DNA from: Zygnema circumcarinatum SAG 698-1b
Lineage: Eukaryota; Plantae; Zygnematophyceae
Direction: 5' to 3'
Assembly (NCBI GenBank): GCA_037447605.1
Contig: CM074809.1
Coordinates: 2,842,689 to 2,906,688 of the forward strand
Length of the DNA stretch: 64,000 nucleotides
The notes beneath the pieces were generated by a model. The model saw nothing but the letters and a program-made list of their open reading frames with translations. It had not been told where the DNA came from and ran no database searches. A program made the position numbers and the translations under genes. This document shows positions 36,971 through 48,809 of this stretch, one piece after another (positions within the stretch are counted from its first letter, which is position 1; each line of letters starts with the position of its first letter).

Positions 36971-38538
36971 TTACTTCTTGGACTTCTTGACCGTGGGCCT
37001 GCACAAATACATCAACATCACCATTATGAAATTGCAATCAGCGAGAGGGCAAAGAACAAGGCTCAGCAACCCAGACAAAGATATCAAAAGAGCCCCGGGA
37101 AAGCCAGTTGTTTAATTGTACAGCTATTTCTGTGAATCAGGCAGCCGCCAATTCCCCCAGACAACCCCTAAACCGAATTCCCAGTGGCGCGAGGAATCTA
37201 CTTGTGAACAGCATCGCTAATCTACTCTATGCTTATGGCCTAACCACTCGGCCGCATCAATAACTCCAATTCCGCAAGAAGGAAATCCACAAGTGGAAGG
37301 AAGAACTTACTGTGGCTCCGGAGCTGATTCCGTGGCAGTGCTCGTCGGCTCGCCAGTTACTCCCTGCAATATCCAAAAGCATAAACTAACATCAAATGTG
37401 ACCTATCGCCCAACTGGAAGACTCCTTCAACCTTCAGGACTCAGGTTAGGTCGAATAGCTAAGGGAGGCACTATACAACAAGTACCTGGGCCAGGCGCTC
37501 CTCCCTGCGTGCAATCTTCCGCTCACGAGTTGCCTTGTTCTTGGCTCGGCGGGCCTCAAACTGATCAGACAGGGTCTTCTCACGAGCCTTTTCTGCTTTA
37601 GACTTGTGAATGCTCTCCATCAGCACTCTCTTGTTCTTGAAGACATTACCCTTCACCTTCATGTACATGTCGTGGTACATGTGCTTGTCAACCTTCTTCG
37701 CATCGCGATACTTCCTCAGCAATCGACGCAGGACCCGCAGGCGCCTCAGCCACAGCACCTTGGTTGGGAGCCGGGCCTCTCGTGTACCTCGCCTTTTACC
37801 TGCAGTCCACGAGGACAGATTCCAGGTAAGAAGACCGCCGACTACAGCATAAACAAGATAAAGACCTAGGTTGCCATACCCTTCCACGTCCGCCAGACAC
37901 TATTTTCCTCGGAGAAAATGGATAAATGATCACTCGCAATGCCTTTGCAGGAACAGCCACAAACATGTTGCTAAAGAAGAAGATAGATACCGTAGCCAGA
38001 ATGACGGCCCTTCCTCTTGGCCTCTAGAGCCCGCCTCGCACGGTCGCGGGAGTGAATCTTCTGTGGCTTCCGAATGACGAAGCCGTCCTTCACCAGCTTC
38101 CGAATGTTCTGCCCTGTAGCTCACAGTAGGGAAGCAACTAGGGTTAAGCGTCTTATACAATCTTGTCCAGATAAAGCACATAGAATCCTTACAAAAGGAA
38201 ACACGGAAATCATCTTCCTGGTTTGCAACAATTTAACCTGCAGACTGCAACAACAGAGCGTCAAACTCCTGCAGGAAAACAACCAGCCTTGGAAATTTTA
38301 CGTCGGTACTTATCACTCCATGTTCTCCATGCTGCAGCGAGTGCCACCCTAATCCCACCCTTCCAGCAAACCAAACCCTAAAAAACTCCACAAGCACAAG
38401 GTGCCCCGTCCTTGATGATTCCTTACGTGAATTGGCCATGGAGATTTCGTTGACCTCATTGGGATCCAGCCACACCTTCCGCTCGCCACACTTCAACACA
38501 CTCGCGGCAAGCCGCTTCTGCAGCTTGAGCGACACCAT
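36971..38538 (-). CDS. RPL19: 60S ribosomal protein L19 (eL19), 5 exons
   Basis: [38 protein letters not shown] / [16 protein letters not shown]...HSGYG / [45 protein letters not shown]...ERLAQ / ...PTVKKSKK*. Confidence 0.97.
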
Positions 38539-38788
38539 GGCGCCTGCCTCCGCACGACGAGGGAGAGAGAGAACCCCGCCTTTCTCCCTTCCCCCTTTTA
38601 TACGCTCCGCTTCGCCTACCTCGCCGCGCCGCGCGTAGGGTTAAGCGCCGCCTCCCGTCGCGTTCACTCCTCCCCAGCGCAGCGGAGGGTGTTTACTGCA
38701 GGCGGAAAGCTGGGGGCGCTGTGAGGGTAAGGCTGGCGGTCAGAAGGTAAGGGGAGGAGGGCTTGGAAGGGTTGCATAGCACTTCGTC
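38539..38788. promoter_or_regulatory. Compact bidirectional promoter region between RPL19 and SmD3 with a telo-box-like motif
   Basis: The divergent ATGs are 250 bp apart. TAGGGTTA at about 38636, and AAACCCTAA in RPL19 intron 1 at about 38375. Confidence 0.6.
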
Positions 38789-39935
38789 ATGAGCAAGAGT
38801 TTGGGAATTCCTGTGAAGCTCTTGCACGAGGCGGAGGGGCACACGGTGACAGTGGAGCTGAAGTCAGGGGAGGTTTACCGTGGGAACCTTGTGGAGTGCG
38901 AGGATAACTGGAACTGCCAGCTGGAGAACATCACAGCCACAGCAAAGGTGGGAAATTTGAGGGTGTGAAACTTTTGGCAAATCTCAGTTGGAGCCATCTC
39001 CAATATGAAAGATTTTGAGAAGCTTTCGAGCAAGACGTCGTCGTGAAGTATTTCTAGAAAGGAATATGTGTGATTTTCGTTCATCCTACTTCTCCTTATT
39101 GGATGGATGGCAGGATGGGCGAGTTTCTCAATTGGAACATGTCTTCATTCGAGGCAGCAAAGTCAGGTGAATTTATGCGATTTAGGACCTGCGTCCTGGC
39201 TGGAAGCATGTATGCGGCTCTAGCAGTGACTTTTGATGTTTTGCTTATGTAAAGGATCGATCTGCCTGTTGCAGGTTTATGATTATTCCGGACATGCTCA
39301 CAAACGCTCCTATGTTTAGGCGGTTACAGGAAAGGATTAGGGTATGCTCACTCTCTTCGGTCCCCTCTCTTTACCTTCCAAAGAGCAGATTTTGTTTGAG
39401 CTGCTGCAGGGTCCTCGAATGTTTGACTAGTTGTCCCCCTTACTAAGGTTTGCCATTGTTTGGTGGAAGTCCTAACAGTGTTCGGTATTTGAACTAAGAA
39501 TTGTGCTAGGTTTGTTTCTCAAATTGTTTCTGGAACGGCCTAATGCCACTAACAAGGCAATAACTTTCAGAAATCTTTGTCTCGATGCAGGGCAAGGGGT
39601 CGTCAAATTTGGGTGTTGGTCGGGGCCGGGCTGTTGCCATGCGCGCACAGGTGAGCGTTACTGCTAGTTTGTGACTTGACTTTTCAATCTGAAGAGTTGA
39701 ACATGATCTTCTTGCAGCCTCGCTGCAGTTCCTTTGGCAGCTGCACGATTCACGTTCAGTCCTTCGTTGTATCAGGTATGGAATATAAGCGTAGACTGCA
39801 TGAAGGTACAGAACAGTTTGTAGATTGTCTAACAAAGTTGTTCATTTTGAAATGGAACAGGCACGATCAGCTGCTCGAGGAGCCGCTCTCGGTGCTCCAG
39901 GAGGTCGGGGAGGGGGAGTACCTCCCAGGCGTTAG
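38789..39935 (+). CDS. SmD3: Small nuclear ribonucleoprotein Sm D3, 5 exons
   Basis: [53 protein letters not shown] / [18 protein letters not shown] / [14 protein letters not shown]..., with an RG-rich C-terminus ending PPRR*. Confidence 0.97.
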
Positions 39936-42084
39936 GAGATATCTCCTTCAAATTTCATTTTCGTCAAAACCGTATCAATTTTAAAATCCTTTTGCTACTA
40001 GACGAATGAGGTAGAGAAGAGGGTCAGCGCATATAACATAGAAGCCATTGCCATCCAATGGTTGGCAACTGATCGCGAGAAACCCAACTCCCAACTGAGA
40101 CTCCCAACTGATCGAAAGAGATTACGCAGTTCTTAATGAAGTTCTTCCGTAGAGAGGCATGGCAGGTGTTCTTAACGATGCGGCCAGCCAACTTTTCATC
40201 AGTTCTATATTTGCCCATTGGTCACGGCGCTCGCTTCGCTCACTTTGACGGCCACTTTACCTGAAGCTCTCTAAGGATCCAGATGATGTATACCCCAATT
40301 TTGCCATCATTCTGACTGACACTAGTATTTTTTTGTACTTCAGCAACTGTAGAGAATAGGTCACAGAGGCGCGATGCACTGTCTCTTTTCGTTTTAGGGC
40401 TGTTTGCAGCTCTGCTAATAATGTCGTCTTCCAGGATGCCGTCCATTTTCATGGATGCAAAGCGCAGCTATACTCGCAATTTTCTTCACTGTCTCCCCAT
40501 ACAGTCACGAGCCCTAACAGGGACGGCTGTTTGCGGCAGTTGGAAGGTTTAAGCTGTCCGCAAATGCCCTGAGTCCTTATAGCAGGCAATCATGACTCAA
40601 AATTTTCTGGCTAGAATGAAAAGTGACAGGCTTACTATCGCATGTTGTGCCATGCCATCTTATGAGCAACTGCTGTTTGATTGCCTGCTGCCCCAAGCAG
40701 TGGCAAAGTAGCGGAAAGTGTTGGCCAGAAATGATTTGCAGGGGCGGTTTGCCTGTGGTGTGCTCTTTCTCAGCTAATGTCTTGGAAGGGGCACTCCCTT
40801 GGAATCACAAATTTCTTCTGCAACGAACTAAGGCGCAGGAAAGCTCGCTCCTGGCTGGACATCCTGGCGAAAATTTTCTTATTAATCTGTACGAGAGCAT
40901 CGCTTGATAGAGTTAGATGTTTAGGCATGTCTGTTGCTGTCCTTTGAAACCAAAAATCTGAAGTCATCATTATAACTTCAGTTAGGAACGTGGGGGAATT
41001 CATTGAGGCACTTGGAGCACGAACCTCACATTCATACTGAAAAAGCTCCAAGTGCTGCGGCAAATTCCAGACAATATATCACAGTATCAAATGTGAAACG
41101 TGGACGAGGACGAACGTTTCATTGGACGCCCTTTCAAGAGCGCATGTCCCACTGGCAATCACGTGGCTTTGTTACGATGCACAATTCCCCAGTTTCTAGT
41201 TTCACCTACATTGAATTGCCAGAAGATTGCAAAAGCGTAACCTCAAAAGCATCAATCAATCAATCCAATGTGTCGCAATCTGAGCTCCGAACTGAATGCA
41301 CAGCGAAAGGCGTCTGAGAAAGCGGCCCCGCTTGTGAAGGACAGCATTGAAGCCGCGGCTGAAGCAGGCGAGGGGGAGAGGCTGGAGATGCCCGAGCTTC
41401 GCCATGAGGCAAGCATGGTCATGGCTCAGTGCAGCGTCATCAGCAGCCTCCCATCACATCCTGATCATGCATCCAACAGAGATGGAAAGCCTGCACTTCT
41501 CAGACAAACGGTTTCTATCAGAAAACGTCTACAGCCACAGCAAAGGCTAGTGTCGCAGCCAACATGAAAGGAACACATGTGGAAACAATCTTAACGTCAG
41601 AACTAGACTAAAAACGAACTGAAACATCCAACAATCGTACACAGTTATTACAAACTCCAACAAACCGAGCAAATGAACATAACAGGAGTTTTCTGATTTT
41701 GACTTGTTTCAATCAACCTTCCTATCAAATGCATTCTGAACATCATTGGAGGTGACTTGGCGTGATCCAAAACTAAATGACACAGTAAGTTGCAGCCACT
41801 GGTCCCTGCCTTTCATCTAATTATACACTGCCTAAAAGCTCAGACAACATACACTGATGCTTTCAAAGCCATATGCTCAGCCCCCCCATTCCGTCATGCA
41901 CTTGGCCATTTAGAATTTTTAGGGGTTTTAGGGTTTTCATTTGAAACGCCCTATGCACATGATGATAAAGGAGGCCGACATACCAGTTTTGCTCAGATCG
42001 ATCGAAGCGATGGATAGTGCAGACGAGCATCATGCATAATCAATTCTGATGCGCAGACCATGGAGGGTTCGTAAGAGTGCGCCA

Positions 42085-45000
42085 TCACTCGAGCAGCTGA
42101 GAGACGAGCTGAAGAACCAAGGCGTCCTCGGACTCCTCCAGAAATTTAGGACCGCTCCAAGGATCAGAACTCTGGCCTGCATGTGAACCTGTGCTGATAA
42201 GACTTCCCCTCTTATGAAACAGGGATGCACTTCGAGGGGGGCAATTCGTGCTGTCCAAGTCAGGAACAAGGTCCGAGTCGAGGGTCACCTCGGCCTCCCC
42301 CACATTGAGATGAGAGACTTGGGATTTCATAGGCTCATCTAAGGCAGCTGGGAACTCAGGTATAGAAGTGGGGGATTGGTCTCCCTGGGCTACTCCAACA
42401 ACAGCATTATACCGCGCTACATCGGAGATGAACGTGCTTGCATTATCGACTTCTTCATTGGCTTTACTCATTCCACTCTGCCCATCAACGCTACTTTTCT
42501 CCACCTTTGTACTGGCCAGCATTTGCAAGGCCACCTCCATATTGCCAGCACTGGCAACCACCACTGCTTCTACCACTTCCTGCACACGCATCCACTCAAT
42601 ACAAATCCTGAGTACATGCAAAGCGCGTACCCACCCATGCACCCAACCATAGTAGCGAAGGAAGCAGAGAGGACACTTCGCCTACCTGCTGCACTTCTGC
42701 GGCATGAACTGCAGCCTCCATGCTTTTCAGCTCAGCACTGACATCCTGTTCCACACAATATCCGTCCCAAACATTGAGCACAAAGAAAATGCAGATAAGC
42801 GCAGCTTTAAGAAATTCTTTCAAATAATGTTCTCGCTGTTAAGAGACCAGGGCAGCAACCTCACCAGGGGCACAGGCAGGAGGAGCCCTGCGGGTGGCCC
42901 ATGGGCTCCGCTGAGCAACCAGGTTAAGCATCGATGCAAATCACCACCATGGAGACACACTGCTGCTACAGATTGTTGGTCTGTGAAGCCCAACCTGCAA
43001 GCCCATCAGGTCCACGGAGTCAAACCACCCTGTGGCAGTAGGCTGCCAAGGCTTGCATCAGTATACAATAGCCTCCCACTTACTCTTGCAACTGACGTGA
43101 AAATACAGCAAGCTTGCGATCCCGCAAGGCAGCCACGCATGCGGCACTCCATGGTCGTAGCAATGTCCGTGCGTCATGTGCTTCTGTGGCTGCTTCTGCA
43201 ATGGGAGTATCCGCGGCATTTCTGCTGGCAGGAAGGAGAGCAGACGGCGTGAGTTAAGCTCCCGTGCCTGCCGTTGTCACAGCCACCTTCCCCCTCCTGG
43301 CTACTGCTACTTCCTCAACCTCCATAGAATCGCCAGTTTTGATTGTACTCCACTGAGACGATTTTGTCACGTTCTTCATCGTCGTTCTGGGTAGTGAAGT
43401 TGGAATAGGAAGAGCTAGAATTTTTTTTTTTTTACGTGCAGCCAGGCGACTTTGCTGGGCAACTGAGAAGAACAATACAAAACTAAGTACCTGTCATTTC
43501 GCCTTGCTTGAAGTTCACTGTCGATGCTAGTTGCACGCACTAACAGGTCAGCCATGGTTGTGCTGCCAGAACGTCCAGGAGGCAAAAGTGGAAAACTTTT
43601 TGGCTCCTCCTTTCGTGAAGGTAGAGGAACAAAGTCTGAGGGACTCGGTGGCCTTTGCACTTTTCCCTGTCGCGCAACAATGAAAAGAGCAAAAGTCAGT
43701 GATAGACACCTCTGTATCCTTCACATCGCCTCTCTGGTTTTACTCTCGGTGACTCAACATTACAGACAGCCGCCCACATACGCTCCAGTGAATGCCAATG
43801 GCACTGACAAGTCACGACTTCCTCGTGGTAAAATCGTTCTGACGTTGCCACACCGAAACAAACCCAAAACCGAAAAATCCATCCTTCAAGATGGTCCCAG
43901 TGGGGAAAAGCCAATTGAAACCGGCATATTACCAACATAGTGGATGCATGTCCTCACTCAAAAGATATGTGCTTGAGCAGGTCAAAACCCTATGTAATGA
44001 AGACACTACTCTTAACAGTAGCAGCACATGCCCCAACTTGCGTAATGCTTTACATAGCAATGCGTTGCCCACCCCATCGTTGGTAACTAACTGGCTCGAT
44101 TCCATCAACCAGCTGCCTGCAGTCCATGCATTGCCTATAGTTGATTTGCGGCCAGCGGAGCCAGCAAGAACATAGCCAAAGTCCGCCAGACATGGTGGAG
44201 CTCGAGGAGCGACCGCTCCATCCATCTCAGCTTCGTCCCTTGCCAATGAATCAGGTGCCCACCGCTGCATTTTTTCAGAGTTATGTGTGTCGCACTGAGC
44301 TACTGCTGATGACGCACTTCCAGAAAGGGGACGGGATGTTGAATTGCTACGAGTGCTACTGCTAATACTCCCGGAGCTCGACGATGAAGCGGATGGCCCA
44401 GGGTATGTAAGCGAGCGAGGTAAGTTTGAGGACTTGCTGCCTCCTGTGCCAACACTGCCTACAGTCACTTTGCTATCAAGTTCCTTCTCCTTGTCCTTGT
44501 CTTTCTCCTTATCTGTTTTCTTTGGATCCAACTTGCACAGGCTTGAAGGCTTCTTCCCAGGGGCTGCCGGAGGTGGTGGCGGTGTTGCAGGCTCAGGCAA
44601 CTTGGCTTTCCGTCGTTTTTTGCTGCAAACATACAACGCAGCCAGTGAGCTCACCTGTTCTTCTCACCAGTCATGCAGCACCATGTCAAAAGGTGGCAAG
44701 CTGTGGCCTCCACCTGTTATCGTTCCGCGCATGGATGGGATGCGACTTCGTAACCTGCAGACCCTCATTTCCACCCCTGCATCATCTCTCTTACATCTCG
44801 GCAGGCAATTCAGCCGCGGAATTGAGTGATCCCTTTCTGTGATTTGGAGGAGAGGGAGACTCACCCTTCCAGGACATGGCTTGTCGTATTGAGAAGCACG
44901 TCCATTTCCCCGGGGACACTGGAATCCAGTCTTGCGCTGCCTGCACGCAGCTTTCAATGAGCTCCATGAGCTTCTACGTGACTTCAGAGAGCAAAAGAGT

Positions 45001-45256
45001 GGGAGAGCGAAAGAGAGCAGGAGAAGAAAAGAGATGGAGAGGGCGATCAGGAGTACCAAACTCACTTGTCAAGGCGTATACTCTTGAGATACGTTTCCAC
45101 GCAGTGCTGGTGATAAATAACTGGGGAGGAGCAGCCCTCAAATGTGCAGTTTATAGCATTCAGCTCGTCCTGCGAGCTGTCGCAAACCTCTCCACAGAAG
45201 TCGCATATCCCCTCCAGCTCGTGCAGCGACGGTGCAAATGCAGGAGGCGGCGCCAT
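42085..45256 (-). CDS. Protein with an N-terminal atypical C4HC3 (PHD/RING-CH-like) zinc finger, a low-complexity middle and tandem C-terminal UBA-like domains
   Basis: Exons 45256-45066, 44940-44865, 44754-44714 and 44622- join in phase: ICDFCGEVC...NCTFEGCSSPVIYHQHCVETYLKSIRLDKQRKTGFQCPRG...PCPGRVTKSHP. Downstream exons give CVAALRDRKLAVFSRQLQE|LGFTDQQSVAAVCLHGGDLHRCLTWLLSG and DVSAELKSME...|EVVEAVVVASAGNMEVALQML. The linking junctions at 43.2-44.1 kb are uncertain. Confidence 0.65.
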
Positions 45257-45641
45257 CGCTGCCACCCTCCCGTCCTCGTCGCCCCTGCAGGCCCCCCCCG
45301 CCCCCTTCCAGCGCCCGCCACGACCCGGCCCGACCTTGGAGCGAGCGCGCAAACGGCCCGCCGCGATCCGTACAGTCATGTTTTCGTACGCATGTACGGA
45401 CGTGCAGGTCAGCCCCCCACCGGAACATGCGCAGGGCCGCAACGGTGACGGGACTGAACGCACGGAACACGGTGGTAGAGAACAGAACAGTGCGGTCCAG
45501 GGAGGCAGCCTTCGGCGCGCCGCGGTTGGCGGTGGCCGTCCGTCCGAAGGCGCTGCCCATGTTCCTGCATGTGCATGTGCATGTGCATGTACAGTTGATG
45601 GCGTGCCATGGTGAGACCAGTGCCAGACACATCTGCTTTAG

Positions 45642-46250
45642 TTATCCATGTTAGTTAACGATGGAATGGTTTTTGGGGATATTGTGTTGGCCGATCCAAC
45701 CCGTCGCGATTTATTGTCACGTGCAGCACATCATGAAGGCGTGGCTGCTCGCGATGCGGCCCTTCGCAAGGAGCGTGCATATGCTCACCGTGATGCAGCC
45801 GACGAGTTTGTTCCTATGGCTATTGAGATTTTTGGCTGCCTCGACACCCGTTTGGATACCTTCCTTCGCCAGTGCGCCCATCGCTCTTTCGAGATGCACG
45901 GCCCCGGAAGCCCTCCTCCGGCGATCTTGGCTACCTTTTATCGACAACGTATTTCCGTCGCCCTTCAGCGTTGCCTCGCTTCTACGCTTCTTCGGCGTGC
46001 TGCAGTTGTTGGTGACCGTGTTGGTGGACTTCCGCCGCTCCCTCCTCGCGACGTGCCTCACATCGGTGACCTTCGCGGCTGCTTCTAGGGCTGCGTTGTT
46101 GTGCCTAGGCGTAGTTTTCCGCTCCTAGCTTCGTTTTATTGTGTTTCGGTCCTTTGTGACCAGTCCTTCGTGGTTCCACATTTTGCCTTTATCCATGTAA
46201 ATTTGATGGCCTCGCCATCGCGAGTTCAATGAAAGTTTGCGTTCTCTGTT
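45642..46250 (+). mobile_element. 5'-truncated non-LTR retrotransposon: C-terminal restriction-like endonuclease (RLE) domain plus probable 3' UTR (CRE-like)
   Basis: Intronless, uninterrupted ORF 45648-46088: DIVLADPTR...AA..AA.RKERAY...FVPMAIEIFGCL...FL.QCA...RQRISVALQR.LASTLLRRA. This matches the RLE tail of CRE-like elements as recalled. No RT domain upstream and the 3' boundary is approximate. Confidence 0.78.
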
Positions 46251-46383
46251 AAAGTACGTTGCTCGCAATGACTACGAAACGTGAGTTCGCATCTACCAGA
46301 CGATATATGATTTTTTTTGCGCGTTCTAGAAGAAACGATGCCAGGTCATGGTTCCAACCATCGAGTTCCTCCATTGGCTGTGC

Positions 46384-46722
46384 CCAATGGTTGCGACCCA
46401 TTGGCCGCCCAAGCAAGCAAGCATTGCCCTCCAATGGTTGCGACCCATTGGCCGCCCAAGCAAGCAAGCATTGCCCTCCTATGGTTGCGACCCATTGGCC
46501 GCCCAAGCAAGCAAGCATTGCCCTCCAATGGTTGCGACCCATTGGCCGCTCAAGCAAACAAGCATTGCCCTCCAATGGTTGCGACCCATTGGCCGCCCAA
46601 GCAAACAAGCATTGCCCTCTAATGGTTGCGACCCATTGGCCGCCCAAGCAAGCAAGCATTGCCCTCCAATGGTTGCGACTCATTGGCCAGCCACGCAAGC
46701 AAGCATTGCCCTCCAATGGTTG
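46384..46722. repeat. 47-bp tandem array, 7 full units plus a partial one, each with an internal palindrome
   Basis: Unit CCAATGG-TTGCGAC-CCATTGG-CCGCCCAAGCAAGCAAGCATTGCCCT starts at 46384, 46431, 46478, 46525, 46572, 46619, 46666 and 46713. Few substitutions between units. Confidence 0.97.
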
Positions 46723-46986
46723 GCGTCTGGCCCTGCGAAGCAGCAACTTTCTCCCTCCCTCCCTCTGGAATGGAAGGAAAGGGACGGGACGGCACGGAGT
46801 CCAGCCACGGACTGGAGGGCTGCGCAAAAATCTCCTACGTACGTACGTACGAACGGACGGGCAGGGCCGTGCGCCTAGTCTCAGGCTCTCAGGGGACCAG
46901 GGGAGGCAGGGCAGGGCAGGGGGGAAGCTAGAAGACGCGGATACTTGAAGGGAAGGAGGCGTCGCTGCTTAAACCGACACTCCGCC

Positions 46987-48809
46987 ATGGCTGCCCTCAC
47001 CGAAGCGTCACTCTGCAGGCTTCCCGTGGCAGTGCTGTCGACCAAGCAGAATTCGCAAAGGGTGTATGCTGCATCATTTTCTGGAAGGTAAAACTTTTTT
47101 TCCTTTGCTATGACCATCTCTGTTTTGTCGGATAGGTCCAGCCCTGTTGGTGCGAATGCATTCCTCGGGGAAAATTTGAAGGACTCAGATCTAGAGATAT
47201 CCCCTTTATCGTATGGCCGCGCAGTTTAGACATTCCAACCTTCCGACTCGCGCCCTCTGCCTTTTCTAGAACCAGGGGAGAATGGCGCAAGCAGACTGGC
47301 CTATGTGTGGCCAGCGGTGCAGCACAGCCAATCACCGAAGTGAGGAAAATCCTTCAGCTTCTTGCAGAAGCGCTTTTTTCAATAGCACTATCCCGCTGCA
47401 TTTTTTGGTATACAAGGTCGGTACACAATTTCCTGCACTTATGTCACATCCTTGGCAGGCACAAACGACCGCAGAGGATACCGTCCCGCTTCCGGTTGTC
47501 GTAATCGACCAGCATTCGGAGCCCGGGGCAACGGTACTCGACCTGCAATTTGGTGACCGTCTTGGAGCGCTTCTGGATACGGTGAGGTAAAGCGGAGGGT
47601 ATTGCAAAAATGTTATATCTTGGAGTGGTAGCTGGTGCTTTCTTCCCTTTCCTTCTGGTTTTGAAATAACTCTTTCATTGTGTTCTGCAGATGAAGGCCC
47701 TTACCGACTTAGGCCTCAATGTATTGCGAGCCAAAGTCACAACTGAAGACTCTGTTGGCCGTAACCGATTTGTCATCACCCGATCGTGCGCTCCTTTTAC
47801 TTTTTTCTGCTCATTTTCCCTTGCCTCTCTCACTTGCGACCGAGCTTTGTCTGGCTGCTCAAACTATCTTGCCACGGCTACCTCTACTATGGCAGGCCTA
47901 CGTATGGCATTGGCTTAGTGTCACTGTCGGTAGGAAACTATATCCACCGTCTAACTTGATTTCCGCGACTCACGGTGAGTAGCAGCGTATGTGCAGGGAC
48001 ACAGGGGGGAAGGTGGAGGACCCTGACATGCTGGAGGCCATTCGACTGACTGTCATTGCCAATTTGCTGCAATATCATCCGGTGCATATTATACCCCTTG
48101 CCCTGGCATGAGTCTTGGCCCAAAACTTCTGTAGTCACGGGGAGGTTTAACTTGCTGGTCTGGATGGCTGATACCAGGAATCGAGCGAACGCCTTGCCTT
48201 GGCTGCCATAAAGTTCAAGGCCCCTCAGCGACCGGTATGTCGTTTGTGGCTCCTTGATGCAGTGGCAGCTAAAGCTGATGTAGATCACTTCACATCCGCC
48301 CTCCTGATTATTCGTTGGGTTCGTGCAGACGCCTGCAATTGCAACACAGGTCCTCGTGGAGGACATCCCTGGTGAAGAAGGTCGCAGGTGAGGCTTTGTG
48401 AGCAAGCTGCTTGTCATTTATGCATGTTGCCCCTCGACCATCGGGGATAGAGTTTAACTTTCAGACCGGGCGTTTTGTTAAACCAGTGTCCTCTCAGTTG
48501 AGACTAGTGACCGACCAGGTCTGGTTATGGAGATCGTCAGAATCCTGGGAGATCTCAGCATCAACGTGGTTTCAGCAGAAATCGACACGGAGGTAAGCAT
48601 GAACGTTACATATATTTGTCATATCTCATTGCTCGACAAGGGGGAAGGCTGATTGAGGGGTTGGGTAACTGCAGGGATTAGTTGCTAAGGACCAATTTTA
48701 CGTGAGCTATCATGGAGAGGCGCTTAACAAGTCCATGCGCGAAGTTGTGACAAACACCTTGCGATATTACTTAACAAAGCCAGAAATTGAGTCAGAGGAC
48801 AGCTATTAA
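46987..48809 (+). CDS. ACR12: Plastid ACT-domain repeat protein, ACR11/ACR12 family (closer to ACR12), about 9 exons
   Basis: Transit-peptide-like start, then [32 protein letters not shown]|[35 protein letters not shown]|[19 protein letters not shown]...SAEIDTE|[14 protein letters not shown]...[16 protein letters not shown]. Confidence 0.92.

Noticed and set aside
46249-46948. ORFs with 47-aa periodicity, and a CRISPR interpretation of the array
   Set aside because: The periodicity is three 47-bp units read through. The inter-hairpin sequence is invariant, there are no cas genes, and the context is eukaryotic.
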